NCBI GenBank assembly: GCA_938084745.1
Contig: CALKEZ010000022.1
Span: forward strand, 24,140 to 88,139
Direction of reading: 5' to 3'
DNA from: an uncultured Gammaproteobacteria bacterium
Lineage (GTDB): Bacteria > Pseudomonadota > Gammaproteobacteria > Eutrophobiales > Eutrophobiaceae
DNA: 64,000 nt
Below the pieces are notes generated by a model that saw only the letters and a program-made list of their open reading frames with translations, was not told the DNA's origin and made no database searches. Below are positions 1 to 9,046 of the stretch, in pieces (position 1 is the first letter of the stretch; each line of letters begins with the position of its first letter). Both the position numbers and the translations under genes were made by a program.

Positions 1-781
1 CGAGTCCCTCGGAACAGCTCATGTTTAGAAATTCACCATGTACACTGTTTATCGCGAGTTCGGCAAATGGATTCTGTGCTATATCGATATTGATAATCGT
101 AGCCTGATTTTGATAGACAATATTAGCGATATGATTAGGCAGGTTCGTTGAACCGAATGTTCCAGCAATAATCAGTATATCTGTTTTGGCCGCAATTCTA
201 ATGGCACTTTCAAATTTAAAATAATGTTCGTCATAACACTCATCAAACCACAGCACATGCGGTCGTGAGATAGCACCGCAATCTGGACAGCATAACCGGG
301 CCTTATCATCATCGCTTAAATCCTGATTATTAACACGCGGCAAAATTGTTGTTGGCAAAGAATAAAGCTGCTGCTGACACTCATCAACACAACGCATATA
401 AAATACATTGCCATGTATCTGAAAGGTTCGATCGAAACTATTGCCAGCGCGCAGATGCAGGTTATCGACATTCTGGGTAACCAGTGTAAACCTGTCCTGA
501 AGTAGCCGCTCCATTTCTACCAGAGCATGATGTCCTGGATTAGGGTCTGCTGTGCTACACACAGTCAAACGATAAAGATACCATTTCCAGACCTCATAAG
601 GGTGCGTGTCAAACATGGCACGAGTAGCCATTTCCTGCGGGTGATACTCTTTGGCACCAACAGTCCAATAACCTTCAGGACCGCGAAAAGTCGGAATACC
701 ACTCTCGGCAGAGATGCCGGCACCGGTAAGTACGGTTATCTGTTTCGTCTTATCAGCAAAAAGTGATGTGGTCGTTTGCAT
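1..781 (-). CDS. cobB: Sir2-family NAD-dependent protein deacylase (CobB-like), C-terminus cut by the window edge
   Basis: Own translation of the minus strand from ATG (complement of 779-781): MQTTTSLFADKTKQITVLTGAGISAESGIPTFRGPEGYW...QNVDNLH...HGN...CPDCG...PHVLWFDE. These are the Rossmann GAGISxxSGIPxFRG, QNxDxLH and Zn-ribbon motifs. There is no stop before position 1, which is why it is absent from the ORF track. Confidence 0.85.
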   Translation of the reverse strand, partial: MQTTTSLFADKTKQITVLTGAGISAESGIPTFRGPEGYWTVGAKEYHPQEMATRAMFDTHPYEVWKWYLYRLTVCSTADPNPGHHALVEMERLLQDRFTLVTQNVDNLHLRAGNSFDRTFQIHGNVFYMRCVDECQQQLYSLPTTILPRVNNQDLSDDDKARLCCPDCGAISRPHVLWFDECYDEHYFKFESAIRIAAKTDILIIAGTFGSTNLPNHIANIVYQNQATIINIDIAQNPFAELAINSVHGEFLNMSCSEGL

Positions 782-874
782 CTTGTATGTGCTCAACATG
801 GATACCGTCTAATGACGGTTGCTGCTATGGCACTTTTTATACTCATCTCATCGCCGATATCAATAACAAAGTCA

Positions 875-1411
875 TCAATTATTTTTTATTGCCAGAGAAG
901 CATTCTGCTCAAGCAGTTCTAGCTCTTTACGCGTCAGCTCGTTACCCCGACTATAAAATTGCACAGCAGCAGGAAGCAGTACAGATGCATTGTCAGGATG
1001 AGCTTCCAACTGAGAAAGAAAACTCTGAAAATAGATGTGTGCCATATAGCGATTCCCCTGACGCTCATAGGCAAGAGCCATTTGCACCAATTCATCTACC
1101 GTCAATTCACGATCATCATCCGGCTTAACGACCACGGATTTATTGGTAGTTTGAGGGGTAACGACCGGACTTTCTTTAAATCGTTGCGGTGTAGTAGACG
1201 AGGCGTCTTTAATGGTTGGCGTTATTACAGTTTGTTGGACTGATGAAACTTGCTCTTCTACGAATTCGTATAACGGTACCCGGTAGAAGATAATGACCAG
1301 CAAGATAATTGCCAATATCAGGTATGTGGAGCTGCCCGAATGACCTTGTCGTTGAACTACATCGGGATAATCATCAGGATCATTTGGATAATCTTCCATT
1401 TCATTCTCCAT
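875..1411 (-). CDS. hypothetical bitopic membrane protein (acidic N-terminus, one TM helix, helical C-terminal domain)
   Basis: 178-aa ORF with a hydrophobic segment YLILAIILLVIIFY. No family recognised. The opposite-strand ORFs at 763-1243 look like shadows. Confidence 0.5.
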   Translation of the reverse strand: MENEMEDYPNDPDDYPDVVQRQGHSGSSTYLILAIILLVIIFYRVPLYEFVEEQVSSVQQTVITPTIKDASSTTPQRFKESPVVTPQTTNKSVVVKPDDDRELTVDELVQMALAYERQGNRYMAHIYFQSFLSQLEAHPDNASVLLPAAVQFYSRGNELTRKELELLEQNASLAIKNN

Positions 1412-1493
1412 CGACTATTACACTACGGGTCAATAAAAGGCCTACTCATCAGATCAATGTCACACTGCCGAAGACAAACCGCTGACCAAAAAT

Positions 1494-1910
1494 TCATGAG
1501 CTCGTAGCAATCATATTGCCGATGCGATCTTGTATTACATCATTAGAAGTAACGGTAAGATCTTCGGCTAATTCACCGTCGATCAACCCTGTCAATTGTT
1601 CTGGTAAGGCCGCCTTTAATCCAGAGAGAACTTCTTGTGGTGCAACAAAGATTAAACGATCAAACATACCCAGTTTATGATGTTCAGCCAAAAAGTCGGC
1701 TTGCAGTTGGATATTTGTTGGTCTATCGGGTTTAACGGCATTGCCTGCGGGGTCAAGTGGCTTAGCGTTAACCAGATAATAGCAAAGGTCGGCGTAAGCT
1801 TTTAAATCATCCGCGTCCAGAACTACCAGCGCCTTGCCTTCACCTTTATCAACCAGAATTTTGATGTATCTGCCGTCGCTTAATACGGCCCATGTCGTAA
1901 CGTTACTCAT
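1494..1910 (-). CDS. host-attachment family protein (Host_attach-like)
   Basis: The N-terminus TWAVLSDGRYIKIL and the C-terminal LIFVAPQEVLSGLKAAL...ELAEDLT resemble my memory of this family's consensus. Needs an HMM check. Confidence 0.6.
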   Translation of the reverse strand: MSNVTTWAVLSDGRYIKILVDKGEGKALVVLDADDLKAYADLCYYLVNAKPLDPAGNAVKPDRPTNIQLQADFLAEHHKLGMFDRLIFVAPQEVLSGLKAALPEQLTGLIDGELAEDLTVTSNDVIQDRIGNMIATSS

Positions 1911-1947
1911 AATATTGTTATTTGTTCAGAATTAAAATTTAATAGTA

Positions 1948-1983
1948 AGTGATGATGGCCAGGAGTCCAAGTCCATCATCACT
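1948..1983 (-). terminator. candidate stem-loop terminator downstream of the lipoprotein gene
   Basis: An 11-bp perfect stem agtgatgatgg / ccatcatcact with a 14-nt loop lies just 3' of the 1996-2421 CDS. The flanking U-tract is weak. Confidence 0.35.
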
Positions 1984-1995
1984 TTTGACTTAGGT

Positions 1996-2421
1996 TTAAA
2001 GTGATTGTTTTAACTTAAGCAGTTCTTTAGCACTATCAACCGCTTTATCTGTAGTTGCATCCACAGCTTGTTCTTTTGTCATGTCAGCAGTTTGTTCCTT
2101 AACCATGTCTGCTGCTTTTTGTTTGGCAGCAGCCATTATTTCGTCCTTGTTTTCTTCAATATATTCTTCAGCTTTTTCCTTTGCTATTTCCAGAGCTTCA
2201 TCCGTCATCGTTTTGGTCTCTGCAACGGTGGCTTCGGTCATGTCAGTCGCCTCTTCAGCTACTGCTTCTGCAGATTCGACCGCAGCGGCACTGGTTTCTG
2301 TCGCCGCTTTTGTTACGGCCTTGGTGCTTTCTTCCATTTTAGCCGATGTCTTGTCCTCATCACTACAGCCCGTTAATGTCAGGACCAGCAATAAAGCGAA
2401 CATTTGTAAATTATTTAACAT
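1996..2421 (-). CDS. Ala/Glu/Lys-rich lipoprotein, function unknown
   Basis: Signal peptide plus lipobox LTLTGC|SD. The mature part is low-complexity and helical (A, E, K, T). Confidence 0.6.
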   Translation of the reverse strand: MLNNLQMFALLLVLTLTGCSDEDKTSAKMEESTKAVTKAATETSAAAVESAEAVAEEATDMTEATVAETKTMTDEALEIAKEKAEEYIEENKDEIMAAAKQKAADMVKEQTADMTKEQAVDATTDKAVDSAKELLKLKQSL

Positions 2422-2524
2422 TTAAATCTCCAGAATATTTATATTTAATGTAGCAAGGAGCGCATTTGTACACGCAGGGCAATCATTAAGCAAACTTTAA
2501 TTACGCAAGAAAAACCGGTAAGAA

Positions 2525-2836
2525 TTACTGTTTGCGCCACATAATACTGCACTCTTCCTGTGCAGCTGCCGTCAACATTTCAATTAACGGAAATGCACGC
2601 TTGCCGAGACTTACTTGAGGTTCAATTGCCTCTTCATCATCAGGGCTGTCTTCAGTCTCATCCTTCTCTTCAACTGCTATCGCCTTTTTCAAGCGTTCCA
2701 ATGCCGCCGGGATGTCCTTGGCAGCTATCGCGCTGGGTATCGTACCGCTGTGACCCATTAACTCGATCAAAAGTTTTGCCACATCGCCAAACATGGTGAT
2801 ATCGCCATGCGCTTTACTCGTAAATATAACTAACAT
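2525..2836 (-). CDS. DUF1840-like small protein
   Basis: 103 aa. The N-terminus MLVIFTSKAHGDITMFGDVAKLLIELMG matches the pattern I recall for DUF1840 (xFKSKAxxDVxM...). Unverified. Confidence 0.55.
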   Translation of the reverse strand: MLVIFTSKAHGDITMFGDVAKLLIELMGHSGTIPSAIAAKDIPAALERLKKAIAVEEKDETEDSPDDEEAIEPQVSLGKRAFPLIEMLTAAAQEECSIMWRKQ

Positions 2837-2896
2837 AATACGTTATTAACTCCCTTGTTAATCTTCAACATAACTACTCAATTTTTGTATTACGAC

Positions 2897-3442
2897 TTAC
2901 CAGATCAAATCATCCGGTATTTTATAATCCGCATAAGGATCATCTCCATCTGGCTGCGTCTCAATACTATGCTCAGTATTAATAATGCAATCCACATCGC
3001 GTTGCTTGATTTTTTCTGCAACGGGCTTTGGTACTAACTCATAAGCTTCCCTAAGCTTGGCGATAGCCAATTGACCGGACATGAGATGCTTATGCACCAA
3101 TTCTGAAACAAAGAGTCGTTTCACGACATTGGCATCGGTAAAGTTGTAAACAATCTCGCCATCACGATCTTCAACCCGATTGGTTTCGATCAACTGGATA
3201 ATCTGTGCAGCAATTGCCTTTTGTTCCGCTTCATCTTTTCTTTTCTGATTCATCTGCCGGTCACGTTCAACTTTTTCAGCCTGCGCTTTCTTTGCTAACA
3301 GTTTGGCTTCATCTAATGTTTCGGCAGTACCTTTTTTCGACTTCTGCTTTTTGTTTTTATATTGATCATGCTTGGCTTTATGAGCCTTGGTTTTATTAAC
3401 CAGGCCCGTCTTTTTTAATTGATCAATGAGTGAATTCCCCAT
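2897..3442 (-). CDS. DUF2058 / YaiL-like protein
   Basis: N-terminus MGNSLIDQLKKTGLVNKTKAHKAK, followed by a Lys-rich stretch and a conserved C-terminal domain. This is the typical YaiL-family layout. Confidence 0.6.
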   Translation of the reverse strand: MGNSLIDQLKKTGLVNKTKAHKAKHDQYKNKKQKSKKGTAETLDEAKLLAKKAQAEKVERDRQMNQKRKDEAEQKAIAAQIIQLIETNRVEDRDGEIVYNFTDANVVKRLFVSELVHKHLMSGQLAIAKLREAYELVPKPVAEKIKQRDVDCIINTEHSIETQPDGDDPYADYKIPDDLIW

Positions 3443-3568
3443 CGGGTGATCTCCAGATACTAAATATTTTGATATTAAGCTTGCGTGATAACTATCAATG
3501 ATATCATATATTGCAATAGCATAATCCCGTATGCGAATGCACTTTTAACCGGTTAGAAACAATACAAC

Positions 3569-3784
3569 ATGCATCGAATCAACCCGAACAAATTAATACT
3601 GACCAAATGGACGGCAGTAGCACCAAAGCAAAAAGAGCGGCATTTCATCGTAACCAAACTGATTCGTGCGGAGGATGAAACGATTATCGCCTGCGAGCTT
3701 GAAGCAGTGATCAATAAGAACAGTTACACGATAGATTGGCAGGAACTCAAAGAGACGTCGAACTGGTTAATGGGTTGGCAATAA
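3569..3784 (+). CDS. TIGR02450-like Trp-rich small protein
   Basis: 71 aa. The motif TKWTAVAPKQKERHFIVTK and a W-rich C-terminus (WQELKETSNWLMGWQ) match this family. Confidence 0.55.
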   Translation: MHRINPNKLILTKWTAVAPKQKERHFIVTKLIRAEDETIIACELEAVINKNSYTIDWQELKETSNWLMGWQ

Positions 3785-3833
3785 AGACTCTTTATGCTCG
3801 GTCATGCTGCGGTACTGATTTTAATTTCTTAAC

Positions 3834-4244
3834 TTATTGCAGCGTCCGCTTATCAGACTGCGCAGGAATCATCGACGCATGGTGTTCAATCATCAACCAT
3901 CCGTCTTCAAACCTTTTATAAACATTGGTTGCCAATACCACGACCTCGGCGCCGGGTTCAGTTGCGATATGCTCTTCAACCAGATGTACGGCCAGATTTT
4001 CGTTGATGCTTTTATTAACTACATTAAACAGGATGTCTGGCACGGTGGCATTGTTCAGGATTTCCGACCAACTCTGCATCACAGCATCGTAACCGTAGAT
4101 GGCATTCGAGCCGGGGTGTATACACACCACCTTATCATCAAGCCACACCGCAGCCATGGCTTTATAATCGCACGACGCAAAAGCGTGATAGAAAGCGTGT
4201 TCAGCTTCATCCGCTGTAGCAAAGCCTGATGCGACAGGTTTCAT
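3834..4244 (-). CDS. NTF2 / SnoaL-like (DUF4440-type) protein
   Basis: 136 aa. The start HAFYHAFASCDYKAMAAVW and the end FEDGWLMIEHHAS are typical of the NTF2-like fold. Confidence 0.6.
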   Translation of the reverse strand: MKPVASGFATADEAEHAFYHAFASCDYKAMAAVWLDDKVVCIHPGSNAIYGYDAVMQSWSEILNNATVPDILFNVVNKSINENLAVHLVEEHIATEPGAEVVVLATNVYKRFEDGWLMIEHHASMIPAQSDKRTLQ

Positions 4245-4269
4245 ACTTTAGTACTATTTCGCAATGTGC

Positions 4270-5547
4270 TTAAGCCTTGGCAAGTACACTGGTGGTATCG
4301 GTCAAACGGGCTATCAGCGTTTGCACAAACACTTTCAAAAACCGAAGCTGCGTGCTTTCATTCGCACGATCAAGGGTAGCGGAATTAACCTGTATCAGGG
4401 AGACATCTGATTTTGATCGCACAGATGCCGTCCGTTTGGTCTTGGTTAAATAACCCATTTCACCAAAACAATCGCCCACCTGAAGATGCTCGATATCCAG
4501 ACCATTTTTTTCGACACTGACAATTCCGGACAACAGAATATAAAATGAATGGTCCTCATCACCTTCCTGAATAATGTATTCATCCTGTTTGTATTTGCGC
4601 CAATCACATGCGCGCATCAACTCCCAGATATCCACATCGGTGAAGCTCTGAAAAAACCGTAACTTCTTGACGATCTCAAATTTTCGTCGCAAAGCATCTT
4701 CATTATCAAGATCATCCAGATCCTTGAAGATCGCGGCCAGATCTGCCGCCAAATCGAGCCCCATGCCATAACGCTGATCCGCTTCCTTATGCAACATACC
4801 GTTCAAAATCGATTCGAGTTGCTCGGGGATATCATTTCTGAATTCAGACAGTGACTTTGGCGTTTCACGAGTAATATTGTGAATTATAGAATTGATATTA
4901 TCTGCCTTGAACGGATGCCGCCCGGTCAGCAACTCATACATCACTACGCCCAATGAAAAAATATCGGTGTTATTGCTCATGTTGCGTTCGGTAATTTGTT
5001 CTGGCGACATATACAAGGGTGAGCCCAATAAACCACCAATATGCGTTTCCATATAATCATCACGATTAATCAAGGCCACACTAAAATCAGCTATCTTGAT
5101 TTCACCGGTAGCCGTTTGCATGATGTTATTCGGCTTTATATCGCGATGGATGATGCCTTGTCGATGTGCATAATCGAGTGCCTTCGCACAGTTATAAATA
5201 ATACTGACCACATCCCGCAACGGTAACAGGGAGTTTGCCTTGCAAAACTCACCCAGTGTTCTCGCCTCAGGAATAAATTCCATTACCAGGTAATAATAAT
5301 CACCTTCCACGTTCGCATCAAAGACACGCAGTATATTGGGATGATTCAAAACACTGGCGGCATGTGCCTCATTAAAGAAAAGCCTTCTGAACCGATCACC
5401 CGTTTCTTCTTTCTTGAGTGCTTCCGCATGCACGAGTTTGATCGCGACATTCTTGTTCGTAAACGGATCATGCGCCGCATACACCACCGCCATGCTACCC
5501 CGCCCAAGCTCTTCGAGGACTTCATATTTTCCAATTTTTACAGTCAT
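4270..5547 (-). CDS. Hanks-type Ser/Thr protein kinase fused to a C-terminal cyclic-nucleotide-binding domain
   Basis: Kinase motifs: G-loop GRGSMAVVY, VAIK, catalytic loop HRDIKPNN, DFS (a DFG variant) and SPEQ. The C-terminal CAP-type motif is FGEMGYL...RTASVRS. Confidence 0.85.
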   Translation of the reverse strand: MTVKIGKYEVLEELGRGSMAVVYAAHDPFTNKNVAIKLVHAEALKKEETGDRFRRLFFNEAHAASVLNHPNILRVFDANVEGDYYYLVMEFIPEARTLGEFCKANSLLPLRDVVSIIYNCAKALDYAHRQGIIHRDIKPNNIMQTATGEIKIADFSVALINRDDYMETHIGGLLGSPLYMSPEQITERNMSNNTDIFSLGVVMYELLTGRHPFKADNINSIIHNITRETPKSLSEFRNDIPEQLESILNGMLHKEADQRYGMGLDLAADLAAIFKDLDDLDNEDALRRKFEIVKKLRFFQSFTDVDIWELMRACDWRKYKQDEYIIQEGDEDHSFYILLSGIVSVEKNGLDIEHLQVGDCFGEMGYLTKTKRTASVRSKSDVSLIQVNSATLDRANESTQLRFLKVFVQTLIARLTDTTSVLAKA

Positions 5548-5682
5548 CGCAGGACCATTTCCAAATCTTCTTATTATTTAACACGCAAACCACATGCCCA
5601 TTATGACAATAAGCCCGGAATTTGGCGAGCCAGCCCAAGACTGACGTTAAAGAACGACAAGAGGAAACAACTCAGGCTTGAT

Positions 5683-5910
5683 TTAGTCTGAATTATTATT
5701 CAAACCACTAATCGCGCTGAGTTCTGAGGGCGATTCTGGTGGAATTTCTAGTGGCGGTGATTGCGGAATTTCAGCGGGTGGATTGTCCGGTATCTCCTCC
5801 GGATGTTCCGGAGGTACCTCCGGTGTTTGTTCCGGGGCGGGTTGCTCGGGAGGGTTGTCTGGCGGAATCTCAGGTTCGCCTTCCAGTCCTGTTCGTACTG
5901 CTAGTGACAT
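5683..5910 (-). CDS. small Pro/Glu-rich acidic protein
   Basis: 75-aa ORF with a GAGAGGAA Shine-Dalgarno 6-7 nt upstream of the ATG. The peptide repeats a degenerate E-(I/V)-P-P-x-x-P-P unit. Confidence 0.5.
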   Translation of the reverse strand: MSLAVRTGLEGEPEIPPDNPPEQPAPEQTPEVPPEHPEEIPDNPPAEIPQSPPLEIPPESPSELSAISGLNNNSD

Positions 5911-5976
5911 GGCTTCCTCTCAATCTGAAAATTAATATTCATAGCTTCGATTACCCCATTCAATACGGGGACAGGA

Positions 5977-6147
5977 TCAAGGCTCGAAATCACCTTTAGT
6001 CCTGAGCATGATAAATACAGAATTATAAACAAGACTCACGATACCTATCCCGGCCATGACCGCAGGTGCTTTTCCCCATTCCGCTATCAGCGCACTGACA
6101 AACAAAAGAAAAAACATCGCGTTTAATACCATTACACCTATTTTCAT
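5977..6147 (-). CDS. small two-TM membrane protein
   Basis: Internal ATG at 6147 (MKIGVMVLNAMFFLLFVSAL...) is preceded by GGAG about 8 nt upstream. The longer ORF reaching 6273 has no SD. Confidence 0.45.
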   Translation of the reverse strand: MKIGVMVLNAMFFLLFVSALIAEWGKAPAVMAGIGIVSLVYNSVFIMLRTKGDFEP

Positions 6148-6282
6148 ACTGAAACTCCAAATAAAGAAACTCATTGAAAGATAGCAAACATGCGCTAAAT
6201 AAGAAGCCTTTTCTGTCTTAATCACGCACATCGCATTATATACGTTATTATTGATAAACTTTGATCCAGACAAAACCTGACC

Positions 6283-7008
6283 ATGACAATTGATTACTCA
6301 ATTATTATTCCTGCCTATAACGAGGAAGAATACCTGCCCAAAACCCTGACCGCCCTGAGGGCCGCCATACCAAACTTAAATCTCAGCGGTAAAATCATAG
6401 TAGTCGATAATAATTCCAGCGACCGAACAGCAGCGATTGCCGAGGAACATGGCGCAACCGTCGTCTTCGAATCCATCAACCAGATCTCGCGCGCCCGTAA
6501 TGCCGGCGCAAAAGTAGCACAGGGGCGTTACCTGATCTTTGTCGATGCCGACACGGTCATCCCAATCGAACTATTACAACAAGCACTAGACAACCTGGAA
6601 AGTAAAAATATCATTGGTGGTGGTGCCTGCATCGCGGGTGATATACCACTGCAAGCTTCGATGCAATGGTTATTGAATCTGTGGAATTTTATTTCTATTC
6701 AAACCAACAACGCCGCTGGCAGTTTTATCTATTGCCAACGCGATGCCTTCGAAGAAATCGGCGGCTTCAGCGAAGCCGTCTATGCCAGCGAAGAGATCTG
6801 GCTATCAAGAGACATGAAGAAATTGGCAAAGAAAAGAAAACAACGTTTCAAAATCATCAAACAACCACCGGTGATCACTTCCATGCGCAAGATGCAATGG
6901 TATTCCCCATTACGCATCTATCTTTATGTCTTACTCCTTGCGGTCTTTCCCTTCACGGTACGCATCAAGTCGTTGTGTACGATGTGGTATCGAAGGCCGA
7001 ATGAGTAA
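6283..7008 (+). CDS. family-2 glycosyltransferase
   Basis: YSIIIPAYNEEEYL, VVDNNSSDRT and IFVDADT are the GT2 / GT-A signature motifs. Confidence 0.85.
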   Translation: MTIDYSIIIPAYNEEEYLPKTLTALRAAIPNLNLSGKIIVVDNNSSDRTAAIAEEHGATVVFESINQISRARNAGAKVAQGRYLIFVDADTVIPIELLQQALDNLESKNIIGGGACIAGDIPLQASMQWLLNLWNFISIQTNNAAGSFIYCQRDAFEEIGGFSEAVYASEEIWLSRDMKKLAKKRKQRFKIIKQPPVITSMRKMQWYSPLRIYLYVLLLAVFPFTVRIKSLCTMWYRRPNE

Positions 7009-7009
7009 T

Positions 7010-7483
7010 TTAAATAGCCAAGTTTAATCCCTTAACACTCTCTTCCAAATCCACCAAAGATTGTCTTAATTTCGGTTTGTCCAGTTTGAAAAAACCTTCT
7101 TGTTTGCAGGCGTTTAATGACGCAAAGCTAAAGGAAAAGCCTGTGCTTTGTGCTTGTCGTCTTAGATCTTCCAGCTGTTTTGCGGATTCGTCCCATAAAT
7201 GTTGAAAGGGGATGAATTGTATAATTTCGATACCGCTTGCGACATCAATGGTCAAGTTTAAACCTATTTGATCCAGTGTTTCTTCGCATATGACCGGGTC
7301 ATCCAGATTGGCCTCGTCGAAATAGCTGATGAGTTCGGGTAGTAGCGGATTTAATTCAAGGACCAAGTCTTCCTTGTTGGTGGGGTTGTTGGCGTAGGTA
7401 TAGATAACAAAGCCAAATACGACAATAGTCCAGAATACGAGCAGGATGATGGCGATTATCTTGAGTATCTTTTTAATCATCAT
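7010..7483 (-). CDS. hypothetical membrane-anchored protein
   Basis: 157 aa with an N-terminal TM helix IIAIILLVFWTIVVFGFVIY. No family recognised. Confidence 0.5.
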   Translation of the reverse strand: MMIKKILKIIAIILLVFWTIVVFGFVIYTYANNPTNKEDLVLELNPLLPELISYFDEANLDDPVICEETLDQIGLNLTIDVASGIEIIQFIPFQHLWDESAKQLEDLRRQAQSTGFSFSFASLNACKQEGFFKLDKPKLRQSLVDLEESVKGLNLAI

Positions 7484-7513
7484 TTCTAACCCACATGGGC
7501 AAGATACGATCTC

Positions 7514-7734
7514 GATAGGGCACGAAGAACTTGATCTGACAGCCTGGCCTGGCCTCTAATAACATCCTTATTTACCCCGGTTGCAATACCGTTATCACGG
7601 TATTTCATTAATTAGGTCTTACTTTGCCTGTTTTGGGAAGATAATTGAAGTGAAATACGTCAGTTTGTTCATCACTACGTAATGCTCATAGCTTACTAAT
7701 AACTTTCAGCCCGCTTGCGTCACGGTGCCCTATC
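7514..7734. repeat. 10-bp perfect inverted repeat bracketing about 200 nt of noncoding DNA
   Basis: gatagggcac (7514-7523) pairs with gtgccctatc (7725-7734). An internal 6-bp hairpin ataccg/cggtat lies at 7586-7603. Confidence 0.3.
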
Positions 7735-7735
7735 A

Positions 7736-8953
7736 CTATTTCGAAAACCCTTTGCTACGCCAGAATTCCTGCTGGGCTTTAGTGACTTTAACCAGATAGC
7801 GTCGCGACTCTTGTTGGGGGTGTTTGTTGGTAAGGTGCTGGTAGACCTCGTTCGGTGGTAGTTGGTTTATCTTTACCACGGCCAGATCGCGATCGCTTGA
7901 AAAGGTTTTGAGTACATTACCCGCGCCGCCGTTGTAGGCCGAGATGACGGAATAGCGCCGGGCATTTTGATCGTTTATCTTTGCCAGGTATTGCTCCTGC
8001 AGTATCTGGATATAGGCGGTGCCGATATCGATATTGTATTCCGGCTGGTAGAGGTTTTGTGGGCTCGGTTGGCCGGCACGTTTCTTTATCTTTTCGAACA
8101 CATCCCGTCCCGCTGTACCGGGAACGATCTGCATCAAACCATAAGCCGGCGCACTGCTTACCGCAAATGGGTTGAAACTGCTTTCTGTTTTTATGATGCT
8201 GTAAATCAGGCTTTCGTTTACGTTATATTTCTTGCTGTATTTCTGTACCAGACTGGCGTATTTATAAGCGCGCACCTGCTCGTGCCTTGCAATTAACGGG
8301 AAAACGACCCTCAGGCCACCGCGCTTGCCGATGTTTACTTTCTCAAGTTTGTTTTTAATCAAGTATTCTGCATATCGATTCGCACGCCACTGCCATTCTA
8401 TGGGTTTAGCATCATGATCCAGCACCTGTTCATAAAGGAACGGTTTGCCTTTACCTACGGGACTGGCATCTGAATAAAGATCGACATGCCTTGGATCATC
8501 CGGCGTAAGCAAGGTGGTGATGATCGCTTTTTTTAAATACGTTTCTTGCGAATCCGGTGCCAGTGTTTCGATAGTTACCGTGCCGGTCTCGAAATTGATA
8601 TGGGCGCGGTTGTAGTATTTATCCGTATACTTTACATAGTCTTTCGGGCCTGCTTGGGTTGCATCTTCTTCTCCCCAAATAGCGCTGATCAAACTGACAA
8701 ACTTTTTTATCCTCGTTTGATAAGCCTTGAGATCGGCGGGTAATTGCGTCGGGTTCGCAGCGTATTGGCGAGCTTTGCTTTGCAGAACTTGTGTAGCTGC
8801 AGCTGCAGGGTCGTCGGCCAGAACACCTAGCGTCCGGATATTTGCGGCGTTACAACCGAACAATAAACTTGCTGATAACCACATCAATAAACGCGTTGTG
8901 ATTTTAAAACCCGGTAACTTTGTCAGCACTGTGGAAGGAATAAAACTTCTCAT
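7736..8953 (-). CDS. mltC: membrane-bound lytic murein transglycosylase (MltC-like lipoprotein)
   Basis: Lipobox LLFGC|NA. SLT catalytic region IIKTESSFNPFAVSSAPAYGLMQIVPGTA...YNGG. The long N-terminal domain matches the MltC layout. Confidence 0.8.
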   Translation of the reverse strand: MRSFIPSTVLTKLPGFKITTRLLMWLSASLLFGCNAANIRTLGVLADDPAAAATQVLQSKARQYAANPTQLPADLKAYQTRIKKFVSLISAIWGEEDATQAGPKDYVKYTDKYYNRAHINFETGTVTIETLAPDSQETYLKKAIITTLLTPDDPRHVDLYSDASPVGKGKPFLYEQVLDHDAKPIEWQWRANRYAEYLIKNKLEKVNIGKRGGLRVVFPLIARHEQVRAYKYASLVQKYSKKYNVNESLIYSIIKTESSFNPFAVSSAPAYGLMQIVPGTAGRDVFEKIKKRAGQPSPQNLYQPEYNIDIGTAYIQILQEQYLAKINDQNARRYSVISAYNGGAGNVLKTFSSDRDLAVVKINQLPPNEVYQHLTNKHPQQESRRYLVKVTKAQQEFWRSKGFSK

Positions 8954-9046
8954 GATATGAACTACGCTAGCATAACGTGGTGCGTTTCAACGTGCTTATC
9001 CAGAAACATCACAGTAATAGTGGATGAAAGTCTGTTATACATTGCT

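Noticed and set aside
1-781. Sir2 domain as a possible anti-phage effector (Thoeris ThsA / DSR-like)
   Set aside because: It is a short canonical CobB-type sirtuin with a Zn-ribbon and standard NAD motifs. It has no SLOG/TIR/helicase partner nearby and sits in a housekeeping context.
527-1243. Plus-strand ORFs 527-766, 763-1128 and 959-1243
   Set aside because: They overlap the clearly homologous Sir2 CDS and the 875-1411 CDS on the other strand. No motifs are present, so they are probably shadow ORFs.
2068-2425. Two plus-strand ORFs (102 and 114 aa) overlapping the lipoprotein gene at 1996-2421
   Set aside because: They are antisense shadows of a low-complexity Ala/Glu/Lys coding region. 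They have no SD and their composition is Ser/Phe/Cys-rich nonsense.
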